DNA from: Takakia lepidozioides
Lineage: Eukaryota; Plantae; Bryophyta
Assembly (NCBI GenBank): GCA_030704615.1
Contig: CM060731.1
Coordinates: 22,258,001 to 22,322,000, forward strand
DNA length: 64,000 nucleotides
Reading direction: 5' to 3'
The notes beneath the pieces were generated by a model, which saw nothing but the letters and a program-made list of their open reading frames with translations, searched no databases and was not told the DNA's origin. Below, piece after piece: positions 25,401-38,401 of the stretch; position 1 is the stretch's first letter, and each line of letters begins with the position of its first letter. The translations under genes and the position numbers were made by a program.

Positions 25401-26527
25401 TAACACTTATTGGAGTTGAGCCAAACATCTCTCTACTTTCTTGATATGTTCCATGGTACCCCTTCTTTGGTTCCTGCGGAATGCATGGCGATGTATCAGC
25501 AGATGTACAGAAAGAGACATTCTCAACATTAGCTCCTGCTACTATCAAAGCTCCACACGACAGCTGGCAGATGGGAAAGCATGGGAAAGCGAAGGTCAGA
25601 AGAGTGTTGGGGGCCAGATGTGTGAGGCGCAAGTGCATTGTGATCGATGTACTGGGTGCTTGCAATTGCATTCACATAAAACGAAATCCCATCTTGAGCT
25701 CAATAGATATGAGTGGGTGGCTGGGTGTGTGCTGATGCGTGCTTTATAGTGTCACACCATTTGGACAGCATAATGCATTTCTCTTTGGCACCAGTGGGCA
25801 ACTCACTCCAGCTTCTGGAATCATTGGCACACCCCAGAGACACCTATCCACACCTTCCATGGGATGTTTGTCCCTATGGGCCAAAACAAACTTGCCCTTG
25901 GTGAGATGAAGTTGGAAGGGCAAAATGATATAGGCCAGTGTGTGGTGCCTTGGGATTTACTGGGGCCTCTCCATAACACTAAGGCATTCTTGCTGCAGCT
26001 TACACATTAAATATGATCACGGTGCCGGATCACTCGGCTAACCTGCAAACAGAGGTGGAAACTTAATGGCTCTTATGATATTGGTTTCGCCAACAACTTC
26101 CAAGCCCGTCAAATGGTCATTATCATATGCAACAGGCGCTACAAGATAATGTTTTGATATTCCCATTTGAATAATAATGGAGTTGTGTGCATGGAATGTG
26201 TGAATGTGTCGGACTTAGATTTTCGTGTGGATGGATATGGCATATGTGATATTTTCTTCAGAAATCTGGAAACTGGCGGTAGGATTAGCACTCATGGATT
26301 TTTCTTGGCAAGTTTACAAGGTCCACAAGTAGAAGATGTCACAATCAAACTTCGTAGGATTGCTTTTAGGTTGTACCCTAGGATCAACTGGGTACTAAAT
26401 GTACAAGTACTAGGGACTTTCGAGTCATTGGGGGAGGGTTGCCCCGGTTATGGCCCTTAGAAGATGGCCCTTCCAAACGTAAAGCAGTAGCCCTTCAGGG
26501 TGGTGTTCTCTCTCTATCTCTCTTTCC

Positions 26528-27110
26528 TTTGAACAGTAAACAGAAGCAGAGAGGAAAGGGAGAGTGCAATTGCCCGTTGTGTGGGCAACCCGAAGACAAT
26601 ATTCGTTTTCTGATTCACTGTCCGGGGTACTCTCACCAGAGAGAAGCTCTCCTCCAATCTATCAAGAGAGTTGTGCCTGTACCTCTGTTTGCCAACTTTG
26701 AAAGTCTCGAGGCTGAGCCAAAAGCCCAGGCCCTTCTGAGGCCTAGTTTTTGGGCAAATCACACACAGCAGATTGATGCTTGTGTGAAGGGATTTCTAGA
26801 GGATATCTGGAAAACCCGAATTAATTCTATTTATAAAGGTAAGTCTTACTACCAATGTCAGCCCCTGACGGAGGTAGGTTCTGTCCCTTTGGTTTCCGCT
26901 CAAACTGGGCGCGGGGTCAATGGCCACAAGGCTACGGCAAACAACGTCTTATGAGTACATTCTCTATCTCTCTCTGTCGCTTTTGTCTTTTGTCTTACTA
27001 CCGACGTCAGCCCCTGACAGAGGTAGGTTCTGTCCCTTGGTGTTCCGCTCAAACTGGGCGCGGGGTCAATGGCCACAAGGCTACGGCAAACAACGTCTTA
27101 TGAGTACATT
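26528..27110 (+). mobile_element. Two tandem 5'-truncated LINE family A copies (~26528-26960 and ~26990-27110)
   Basis: CNCPLCGQPEDNIRFLIHC zinc knuckle through ...GVNGHKATANNVL*. Duplications TCTCTATCTCTCT and CTTTTGTCT. Confidence 0.9.
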
Positions 27111-27274
27111 CTTTTGTCTGATGAAAATGAGTTAGGCAGAAAACTATCCTAAACTTGTTTCCTGTCTGTGACATGGGCAAGGCCATCAAGTATGACCTCA
27201 AGGGTTCACCCACTCTAAGCACTTGACTGAAATTTAAACCCAGGGCGAGAAGCCTACCTTAGAACAGCAAACAG

Positions 27275-29050
27275 ACGTGCATCCTTCATGCTCCCACATT
27301 TGGCATACATGTCCACAAGAGCTGTCTCCAGAATCACATCTAGCAGGATTCGGGCGTTGATGAAGTCTGCATGGACCTCTTTGCCTTTTCCAGGGCTCCC
27401 AGGCAAGCACATGCATTGAGAACGCTAGTGAATGAGACTTTGCTGGGTGCCACTCTTTCCTCTTGCATTTGCTTATATATGTCAAGAGCTTCCCTACTAC
27501 ACCCAGAGAGAAAAAGGGGATTGCAAATGCCCGTCATGTGGGCAACCTGCAGACAATATCCACTTTCTGATTCATTATCCTGGAGACTCTCACCAGAGAG
27601 ACACCCTCTTCAATTCCATCAAGGGAATTGTTCCTGAACCTCTGTTTACCAACTTTGATAATCTCGAGGCTGAGCCAAAAGCCGGGGCCCTTTCCACATC
27701 TTGTTGAACCATGGAGGCACCCCCTTCCTTGTCATTTGGTTATAGAGCTGGAAAGCCTCCCTATCACACCCATGCTGAGCATATCCTACAAATCATCACA
27801 TGGAATGATACCACATCTTGATGAGCCATATTGTCAAATACTCGATGTGCCTCGGTCATGCTCCCACATCTGGCATACATGTTAGCGAGCACAGTTTCCA
27901 GGATCAAATTTGGTGCAGTTCCAACTCTTATGATGTTAGCATGGACATCTTTGCCCTTCTCTAAGGCACCTAGGCTGGCACACACATTCAGAACACATAG
28001 GAATGTGACCCTGTTGGGTGCCATCCCTTCCTATTGCATTTTCTCATAGATCTCAAAAGCCTCTCTTCTGCACCCATGTTGAGCATATCCTGCAATCATT
28101 ACATTCCATGAGACAATCTGTCGCTTAGCCATACTGTCAAACCCTGCTATCATTATATTCCACGTAACCATATCTCGTTCAGGCATTTTGTCAAACACTT
28201 GGAGTGCATTCACCACACTCCCACATTTGGAATACAAATCGACAAGGGTGTTCAACAGAAAGATGCTTGGCTTAAATCCACTTCTAAGACTATGGATGTG
28301 CACCTGCTTTCCCACTGCTAGGTCTTTGAGTTTGATCCACTTCTGCAAGAGAGAGATTTAAGTAGTGGACTCTGCCCAAATGCCTTGTTGATTCAGAATG
28401 TGCAGCACCTCTTTCAGTTGTCCTGCCTTACATAGCGTCCTCACATTCGCATTAGTGTCAGAAGAGTCCTCGTTGACTACCTCTCTTGCTGCTCTTTCAA
28501 AACCAGTGGTGATGGCGGAGGTAGTACTACCACAGCCCCCAGTCCGAAGTCAAAGCTGTGCCTCATTTACCTCAGCCATCCTGCATGACTGCAAACTCTT
28601 CCTTACACAATCTCTTTGCCTCACGCACAAGAGAAACATAAAAAAACTAGAAAACCTTACGGATATTACCAAGGAGCTTGTGGGGCTCAAGGCTACCCTT
28701 CAAGCAAGGCTGATGGTGCATGCTACTCATGCTCCTCCAAAGCCATATGGCAACACTTTGTCCTTTAAACAAATGCCATACCACCCGGGTCTTGACTCCT
28801 GCAGCTCCAGTGCGCACACCAGAATTAGAGCCATACTCGGGCACCCATCCACCATTAATCCCTTGTACTCAACCTTGTATAGTCCAACAAACTCTGAATC
28901 CGAGAACCTCCTTTTTGCACTCATATCTGATGTCTTGCGACCTTGGAATTGTTTGTGAAAACCAGGAGTATGCAGCTGAGCAGCCATCGCTTCAACCACA
29001 GCCTCATACAGACCAGGCCACAACTTCTCACAAACATAGTGGTGGTGATC
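27275..29050 (-). pseudogene. Truncated PLS-PPR pseudogene, inverted paralog of 21660-24761
   Basis: [31 protein letters not shown] and [22 protein letters not shown]. Contains stops, frameshifts and a LINE insertion, and lacks DYW. The N-terminal region (SAITTGFERAARE) is homologous to the + copy. Confidence 0.85.
27505..27692 (+). mobile_element. LINE family A internal fragment inside the PPR pseudogene
   Basis: CKCPSCGQPADNIHFLIHYP...FTNFDNLEAEPKA. Confidence 0.85.
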
Positions 29051-29864
29051 CACACCAACTTATCTCACAAAAAAGAAGCAGTACAACACTGGGGTGGACA
29101 ACAAAGATCTTAATCAAAATTACAGCAACTGAAGTAGCCCAGTGGTTAAGGCATAATACCATTTCATTGGTGGTTGTGCGTTCAAAACCACATATAGTAT
29201 AATGAGAATTTTCTGTCTTCACTCATTCAAAGGGTTGAGGGTAAGCTGCTGAAAGGCAGGAGGGAGGATGCAGGCAAGTGGCAGCAACCCGCAGCATCCC
29301 AATAGACTGGCCTCAATGGCTTTACACATGGCCATGTTGGGCTCCACAATTAATGACTCAACTTGACCCAAGACAAGCCCAAGAATGGCACATATTGGGT
29401 TGCAAAATTCTCGGGTTGTTCCCTAATGTAAAGAGGACCTTAATAGAATTGCAATGTAATACACAGTCGTTTCACTGGTACAGTCACAGTAAACAGTAAC
29501 AATCACTGTGACCACCACCAGTTTTGAATATGTCCTTGACCAACAGCCCAGCACACACTCGATTGTCAACATGGTTCTCCCCTGACAAGTAATAGCTGGC
29601 CAATAATATTCAGATCCTACAGCTTGTGCATCCTTATTCAATATTGAGAATATTGTGCCCTGAATTTGAAAGGGCATATACAATAGTGCACAATATTGAT
29701 GCATAATTCCACAAGAGCGTTCTTTGCTTCCTTCCAGGCCCCAAAATCAATGACCAAAACAGAATTAAACATGCTCTATCATCACAACCTGCAGATATCG
29801 AAGAATGATGTCACCAACCACCCAGCACAAACATGCCCATGCCCTACCAAAGAGATCTCGACCC

Positions 29865-32800
29865 CTAGAGAAGTTTGAATAAAATCAAAACCAGAATTAC
29901 AATCACAACCATCAGCAAGCACATGGTCATGAGGGACCATCCCTGGCCCGACCCTTTGTTTATTATCCCAAGTCGCTTCTGTGCAGCCTGCATTCAGAGA
30001 CAAAATTGCCAACATGAATACTAAAAGTTCATACGCAGTATGAGGTAGATCTGTTGTCCTGGTAGTAGTTCTAGAGAAATCCACAGACATAGTAGGCTCT
30101 ACAGGCTCTTTAGCAGGCTTCTGATTCCACTTCGTTCCTGGCTCCTGAAGCAGGGGCCTGAACTCGTATCCTCCACACTAGATTGGGGCTTTATCGGCAA
30201 AAAGCGGAGGGCGAGACATTATTCAATAGATGGGGGTGCCACCATCTTGTGGTTTCTGTTATTGGGGTATTGGTCAATGACCAATCAGACATTTCAGCTA
30301 GGCAATCATCCTCCCTCTTTAACAGAGAGAATATGTACTCATAGGCCGTTGTTTGCTGTAGCCTTGTGGCCATTGACCCCACGCTCAGTTTGAGCGGAAC
30401 ACAAAGGGACAGAAACTACCTTTGTCAGGTGCTGACACCGGTAGTATGACTTGCCTTGGAACAGACAATTGATCCGAGTTTTCCAGATAGCCTCCAGAAA
30501 TCCCTTTACACTGTTTAACAGAGAGATTGTACTCATAAGACGTTGTTTGCCGTAGCCTTGTGGCCATTGACCCCGCGCCCAGTTTGAGCGGGAACAAAAG
30601 GGACAGAACCTACCTCTGTCAGGGGCTGACGTTGGTAGTAAGACTTACCTCCATATAAAGAATTAATCCGGGTTTTCCAGATATCCTCTAGAAATCCCTT
30701 CACACAAGCATCAATCTGCTGTGTGTGATTTGCCCAAAAACTAGGCCTCAGGAGGGCCTGGGCTTTTGGCTCAGCCTCGAGACTTTCAAAGTTGGTTGTT
30801 TAACAGAGAGAGAATAGTCCAAAGGCAGTTCATGCCAGAGTCTTACATCAAGTCAATTGGGCATGCGTTTGAACCAATCTGGACATCAAACTGGGCGCTC
30901 GTGCACAGCACACATTGAACCTGGGGCTCCAGACATGATACTAAAAACATGATAGTACAAAATGTTCAGCCAAAATGAGAAAGACTACTTAGCACTACAT
31001 CAAGGGTTTGAATCCTGCTGAAAAAAGTCACCCACCTTAAGCCTCAAGTTTGTTGAGTCGGCATCACGATCCATATCATCCTACACATACCCAAGCAATA
31101 GTGTTATACTCCATTGAGGGTAAGCTAAAATCAAGACTGCATAGGTTGAGTGGGCTTTGCAAATTACTGCAAGCATGTCAAATCTGAAAATGAGTAATTT
31201 TGATCCAGATTCGAGGACATGCTCTTTGACACAAAATCCTTAGCACCCTCAATAGCTTAGAGCTACTTTAGCTGCTGAATTGATAATTGCCACTTGGGCA
31301 CTAGTTACCCACATTTTACCTTGCTAGGTAACCCTATATAACGTTGCTATGATACAATTAGCAGGTGTTCCACATGCACTAGTGCTTAAGGGAGGAAGCT
31401 TGAAACTCAAGCCACTCACCCGCCTTCTCAATTGTGAAGGCAATCAGCCTCAAAGGATCAGCATTGTCTAGAGGCTGACTCCCAAACTGGTGTGGTGAAA
31501 AAAGACTGATGTGAGAAGAGATCCCTCAAGTGGTATACCGTGTACATTCTAGGAGTGCTTCAGCATTTAAGAGAGGTGCAAATGTTCCCTCACAAACTAT
31601 ACGGGCAAACTGAAGAGGATCAGAAGGTATTGAGCAATTACACACCAGCAGGTGTGTATGGAGATCCAACTCTTCATTTACAGCAAGTGCAATATGCTTG
31701 GTACTCAACACTGTATGTTCAAGCCCCTCCAAATCCTGATCTTGCTCTGCTCACCTCAAAATACCACAATTTCCATTTAGTGTGGGTTACATATCACACA
31801 AAGACAGTTGAACATTTGACCTCAACTACAGAGCAATCGACAACACCCACGAAGCCAGCTCTAACCAGTTCAAAGCAGTTGGTCAAATCCTTATATTGGG
31901 AGTGTGAAATACCACAAAGAAATTGCAATTAAACTTCCTCAAAACCATATGAGAGTGTCACAGAGACATGCCTTTCATGATTTGCCTCTGAAAGCCAATG
32001 AGTCCCCTGTTGTCCACGCCTGCCGTTCGACTTGTCTCCACTGGAGGAGGTCCTCCTTCAAGCAAGTTTTCCCTGAGAAAATTGGAATAATTGTCATCAC
32101 TCCAAAAGGGCTGTTGCAAATTTTGAAAAATTAAGTTCCAAAAGCTTGAATACTAAAGGAGTCTCAATTGGTGAATGCGTGCAACTTAACAGGTACAGAT
32201 CTCTAGTCTGATATCATTGTGATGAGTGCCAATCAAAGAATATGTATGAAAAGAAAAGAAAAAATAAACACCGCAAAAAGGGCAAAAGGGGCAAAAAGGG
32301 CAAGGTAGGGACACCTATTCGCGGCTTGTGCATTAGAGAAAAACGTAGTCATTTGCTTGGTTTTCAACCGGATTGACAGAAGCATCTCTTGTCGTCTGTA
32401 CAACTCCTTCTCGTGACTGCAAATTTTCGATAAAACGACACATATCAATTACTATTCACTGCAAATCACTTTTGATTCAGGTCACATGCACATCAGCCAT
32501 GGCAAATCCTTCAGGCAAAGCACGATTCCGACAGTGAGAATTTGAAGCCAGCAACTCCTTAAGCACAACCTCCAATTACCACAGACATCGCGAGCATCGT
32601 TTTAGCACGGATACCCTACCATCACAAACAGCGAGTGGCACTATTTGAGACAACAAGGCAGAGAGAAAAGGGAATACATACAGGCTACTTTTCATAGGAG
32701 GGTTCTGCAATACGGATTCCAGACGGTCAATCTTGATGACCAGCGTGTTGAGCTTGCGACGCGCGGTTGACACCAAGCGCGTCCCTTCACTCGAAGTGGG

Positions 32801-32899
32801 CGGGAGCGCACTCCCTTCCTGAATTCTTCCTTCTATGTCATCCGCCAGACGGAGTGCTTCCTCAAACTCCTTCAGCCATGCATCCGCTGCTTGCGCCAT
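29865..32899 (-). CDS. Syntaxin SYP5 (SYP51/52-like Qc-SNARE), 6 exons
   Basis: MAQAADAWLKEFEEALRLADDI; SNARE motif EQDQDLEGLEHTVLSTKHIALAVNEELDLHTHLL / DDMDRDADSTNLRLK; last exon 29987-29865 AAQKRLGIINK...MCLLMVVIVILVLILFKLL* (TM). Confidence 0.9.
30318..30811 (-). mobile_element. Two serial LINE family A 3' copies in the last intron of SYP5
   Basis: Two tails. TTTAACAGAGAGA occurs three times (30318, ~30514, ~30799). Confidence 0.9.
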
Positions 32900-33829
32900 G
32901 TCTGTCTAGGTGCCTGCCCCTTTTACTTCCCACTCCTTCGAAATGTAAGCAGAATTTTGCTCGTATCGTGCTAGGGTTAGTTCTCTCTAATCCCTTCACG
33001 TCTGTCCAAAATTCCAACGGCCTCCAAGTATGCCGTCCAATGAATCCCGCTAGGACTCGATCTCTGCCTCAACCATCCCCCCAGCCTCTTCACAGCTCTC
33101 AACCAAGCAATTCTACTCTTTCCCTGAAGAAATTCTTAACGCAATCCCTCCGAAACCGCACAGCAATCGCTCACCAAGCTTTTCCACACTCTTTCTCCGC
33201 GATCTTGAGAGCTGCCACCTCTCTTCTCCGCAGCCACGCTGCCACGCCTGCCTGCTCTCTCTCTCTCTCTCCTTGCATCATCCTCCCCATGACCTTCTAG
33301 GGTCAATGTGATCACCTGGGAAGGCCCCGAGTTTTGAGCACTACACCTCTTGTATATCAAGCAAGCAAACATCCGGGAAATACTTCATCCGCCTATTCCT
33401 CTGTTGCTTGTAAGTGATGGCAAGTGTGGAGTATTACGCAATCGAGAGAAAACGAGCAGACAGATTCGAACACCAGACTGATAACTAGAACAGATGAACA
33501 AAGTAATACCATCATCCGGCCAGTGTCAAAGCCCGAAGGGTATTTAGAAGGTTTGAACACAAAACCTCTTGTAGAGTATTAATAAACTAGTAATGATCAT
33601 ATGAGCCGAGGGTTTTAGTAAGCCCGTATATGATGGATGAACACAGGAATACATCCTGACCTATCTTCTCATCCGTCCAGTGTTGGTATTAGGTTTGAAC
33701 TTTGAAGTTCTCAGAGGAATCCGGAGCTGAAGAAATCGATGCTCGGATCGCCATCTCTGTCGTTGTTGCAATCCAGATCTACACGAGAAAATCTTCGCTA
33801 GAGGTTGGGGTGTTTGCATCTGGTTTCCT

Positions 33830-36800
33830 ATGAGCAAGCTCATTCAATCGCGTAGAATTTTGTCATCTTGTGTGCCGCTGATCACTCGCATCCATGCTGG
33901 TCAGAAATCCACGCAGTTGATTCGACAATATTCAGATGCTTTGCTGCACCAGGATAGATTGGGACAAGAGGCTACAAGAAGATGGAGTTGTGTGACATTT
34001 TCGAGGTCTAAGTTCGCAAGTGGATACTCAGCGCTATCTCCCAAGTCCTTGGATTCCATCATGAAGCTGGATAGTGTGAGACATGCCTCCCCTGAAGAAC
34101 TCACCCAGATTTGGAACGAGGTGTGGTACATCTTCGTCCCGATTTCTCTTCAGTCGTCTTGTGATTTATAATTGTTCCATGTCTGATTTGGTTCACAAAT
34201 TGGGCGTGAAAGTCTGCGGAGTTGAAGCAACTTACTCCAGACTGAACCATTCGGATATTGGTCAACTATACCACTTGTCGCCCAAACGAGTGAGAGCAGT
34301 CTCCCGCGGCTCTAACTGCGGCCAAGCTACTCGATCTGGTGTGAGGGCAAATGTAGGTACATTATGTTACTCTAACTTGTGGTCCTATGGTCCATAACCT
34401 GGGCAGCCAGGGTAGAGAAACTGCGTAGTGTATCCTTACGCTCTCTCTGTGTTTGTTGTTTCTCTGGGGTACTTCAGTTTCACGCAGGAAGGGGCTATGT
34501 CAGTGCTGTCATGGGGGCTGATCTTTACAAACTCTTGGAGCAGCGTGCCAAAGCCTGGTATGTAGTAGGCAGTAGCTAGTGCCTGCGAAGTTGCACTGGA
34601 TTGAGCCTCTAGTAATTGTGCTTGCCCCATTCTCTTTAGTTGAGACAGGGGTGTGACATATAAAGACACGGCCAGTTTGATGAGTTTGTTGGTTTTTGGA
34701 ACTGGGGCACTTTTTGAAGTGTACGTGTCTGTGCAGTCCGCTTTTTGTATTCCCTCTCCGAAAGGGAAATGGCTATGTCTCCATCTTTCTGCAAGGTATA
34801 ACCTTGGCTGGCACTTACTCTTGTTTCTGAGGACTTTAAATTAAAGAGTAGGAAAGGTGAATGGGTGCTTAGTGATCTGTTTCATTGCCACTTGAGCACT
34901 GTGAGTAAACATGCCTTTAGGGACCATCGGCCCAGTAGTGCCAAGACCCATTTGGTTTAGTCCCAGGCTTAAACGATGTAAATCTACACATCAGGATAGT
35001 AGGTTGAAATGATGTTGGTATTTAAGTGAGAAGACTGATGTTGCTTTTTGAATTCCTGTACTTCCGATGGTTAAGCTGATCCCTCACTCTTGATGAGTGA
35101 ACTTTGTTTTCAACAACCTTAAATAGAGTTGGAACGGTTGTGCAGCACAGATGCCGCACATGCTTTTCACAGCACTGGATGACTATAAGGCTCGGGGTTC
35201 AAAAGCGTCCCCATACATGACTGTAACCCATTACAATGATTTGGCTGATAGCAAGGGGTTGGCGTTAGTGCGTGGTGACATCGTCTTCAATAGCAGACTT
35301 AGTGATGATGAGGTACTCTTTGAAACCTTTTGCTTGCAAGACATTAGGACCATTCACAAGGAGCCTCTTAGTCTTTGCGACATGTCCATGCATCCATGAG
35401 GGGAGAGGAGTCCTTAGAGTGAGAGAGAGATCGCCATGTCACTACTGATCTTGGCTGGTTTATAGAGATCATGTCAAGGTTTATTCTCAGATCATCTGCC
35501 TGTAGTATATAATCCCAACTATTTATATCAAACCATTGCAAATGAGGAGGGCTGGCGGGAAGTAGAAACCACCAAAATAGGTTTCAAACTTCAAAATCAC
35601 TTATCTACAGCATAGATACTCTCTGTATTATTTACCTTGCTAAGAGTCACGTGACAGAAGAGAGTAGAAACCCTACCTTGATGGACCAGCACAAATGATG
35701 GATAATGAGCCATAAACACAATCAGCAACGAACTTCAAGGTAATATGAACCCTCATGCCAGTGTCACTGTAGTATTCAACTCTATGCTAGTCTAAATTCA
35801 AACTTCTTGCAACAGACTAACAATCCAACTTCTAAATTTTTTAGGTGACGGTGAACCTCATCTATTCCCATTGCATGTTAGCCACAAACACAATTTGGTC
35901 ATGAGTAGATGGATATTGGCATCAATCTGCTGTACGTGATCTGCCCAGCACAGAGAGAATGTACTCATTAGATGTTGTTTGCCGTAGCCTTGTGGCCATA
36001 GACCCCCTCCCAGTTTGGGCAAAATGCAGAGGGAGAGAGAATGTACTCATAAGACATTATTTGCAGTAGCCTTGTGGCCATAGACCCTGCGCCCAGTTGG
36101 GGCAGAACAAAGGAAACATACACTACCTTCGTGAGGGGCTCACTCCGGTCGTGGGACTTACCTTGGTATAAACAATTAGTTTGGGATTTCAGAATATCCA
36201 TTAGGAAGCCCTTCCCAGAAGCATCAATCTGCTGTACATGAGCTGTCCAGCAATAAGACCCCAACAGGGCCAGGGCTTTAGGCTCAGCCTAAAGATTTTG
36301 AAGGTATAGATGCAGGAACAATGTTCTTGATGTTCCTGAAGAGGGTCAATCTCTTTTGAGAATACCCTGGACAATGTATCAGCAATGGATATTGTTTTCA
36401 GGCTGACCGCACGTTGGGCAACTACAATTGTTCATTGTTCAAAGGTAGGCTTCCCGCCCTAAGTTTAAATTCTAGTCTAGTGCAGAGGGAGAGAGAGAAA
36501 GATGATGTTTCTATTTAATGCTACTTTTATAGCCAGCTAGAGAATGTAGAAGCATTCAAGACTTAAGTATACTCACCTTCACAGCTCCCATATTAGCCTG
36601 CAGCTGTTAGTTGGTGGATTGGCTTTTATCTAGCTGTTACAGAGATTGTACTCATAAGACGTTGTTTGCCGTAGCCTTGTGGCCATTGACCCCTTGCCCA
36701 GTTTGAGCGGGAACAAAAGGGACAGAACCTACCTCTGTCAGGGGCTGACATTGGTAGTAAGACTTACCTCCATATATACAATTAATCCGGGTTTTCCAGA

Positions 36801-38401
36801 TATCCTCTAGAAATCCCTTCACACAAGCATCAATCTGCTGTGTGTGATTTGCCCAAAAACTAGGCCTCAGGAGGGCCTGGGCTTTTGGCTCAGCCTCCAG
36901 ACTTTCAAAGTTGGTAAACAGGGGTACAGGCACAATTCCCTTAATAGATTTGAAGAGAGCGTCTCTTTGGTGAGGGAACCCCGGACAGTGTATCAGAAAA
37001 TGAATACTGTCTTCAGATTGCCCACACAACGGGCAATTGCACTCTCCCTTTCCTCTCTGCTTCTGTTTGCTGTTCAAAGGTAGGCTTCCTGCCCTGAGTT
37101 AAAATTTCAGTCTAGTGCCGAGAGTGGGTAGACCCTTGAGGTCATCCAAGATGTCCTCCCCCATGTCACAGACTGGAAACAAGTTCAGGGAAGTTTTCTG
37201 CCTAACTGCATTTTCATCAGACAATCTCATGGCAACAGACATGGCTGAGGACATTACAGCCTCTAAGTCAGATTTATCCAGCAGGGTCAAGACTTGCGGA
37301 TCCAGGTCCAGGTCCTTGAGGATCTCTTCTACTCTCTTCTGCCAGGACTTAGCCTGTTTGACAGGGCGGTCCTGTTTCCAAGATATAGAGTCGATTAACT
37401 TAGGATATCTGGTGTTGGGCATATGTTGCAGCTGACCCCACCATCTGACCTTGAATTCATCTCGTTGGGAGCTTAAGGACGGAATGCCAAACTCACCCCG
37501 AACAGCCACATTGGCTGTCATGGAGCATGCTGACATACACTCCTTAAGCACCCCCACTTGAATGGATTCTAGAGACTTAGCCTGGTTGGAGTTATCAACC
37601 CATATAGCAGATCCATACTCCAAGGCAGGTCTAATAACGTGACAAAGCATGGTTTTCTTAACCCCAGAGTTGACCCCTCTGCAGTGGAAAAATTGAGTGA
37701 GCCCCAGAGCTTTGCCCTTGCCAGTTTGAACAACTTTCCGGATATGTGCATCCCAATTACAATTGGAGAACTCAACGCCCAGGTAAGTGTAGGAAGGGAG
37801 GACCGGGATCTCTTGGCTACCCCACTGCCACTTAAGATCACTTCCTCCCTCTCCTCTGTCGTTGAATGCTACCACTGCACATTTGCTGACATTAGCCTCT
37901 AGCCCCCAAAGATCAAAGTATCTCTTTGCGCAATCAATCAACTCCTGGAGATTGGTTGGAGTCTCCCCTATGCCTGCGAAGTCATCCGCAAACATAAGGG
38001 CTGGTATGGTGGTATCACCCACCCTTAACCCAAATCCCTCACTTTCCACATCCTCGAGGAGTTGATTGATGAAAACATTGAAGAGCAGAGGGGAGAGAGT
38101 ACATCCTTGAGCTACACCTTGGTCTATGTCAAAGAAGTTGGACTTCTGTCTATCTAGCTGTTACAGAGAGAACGTGAAAATGACTCTGGATGGAGTTTTA
38201 CTCTTGGAGCTTTACATTTACCAGCACCCCAACCCCTAAATAGTGACAATTGGAATGCAGGCAAACAATTTGTTGAAGACAGCACACTCCTTTTACTTGG
38301 ATGACTCCAGATATAGAAAGGTGCAACAGTTCAACAAGGAAAGCAGCGATTTCGATTACAAAGAAGTGCTTCAAGAACTGGGAGTTTCCTCTGGGCCTTG
38401 A
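33830..38401 (+). CDS. ATP11: Mitochondrial F1-ATPase assembly factor ATP11/ATPAF1 (5 exons; last exon 38261-38401)
   Basis: PKSLDSIMKL..IWNE / FHAGRGYVSAVM / PLFVFPLRKGNGY / QMPHMLFTALDDYKARG..LVRGDIVFNSRLSDDE / ANNLLKTAHSFYLDDSRYRKVQQFNK. Confidence 0.9.
35918..36496 (-). mobile_element. Cluster of older LINE family A fragments in ATP11 intron 4
   Basis: Tail at ~35958-36022. The copy at 36041-36480 is flanked by TSD TGCAGAGGGAGAGAGA (36025-36040 and 36481-36496). Confidence 0.85.
36646..38150 (-). mobile_element. 5'-truncated non-LTR retrotransposon (RTE/RTEX-like): RT plus C-terminal CCHC zinc knuckle
   Basis: QGCTLSPLLF, LMFADD, YTYLGV, CPLCGQSEDSIHFLIHC. One nonsense codon at 37099. 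19-bp TSD TATCTAGCTGTTACAGAGA at 36627-36645 and 38151-38169. Clade assignment is tentative. Confidence 0.92.

Noticed and set aside
35652-35665. miR156-like TGACAGAAGAGAGT
   Set aside because: Only the first 14 nt match and there is no convincing miRNA* arm.
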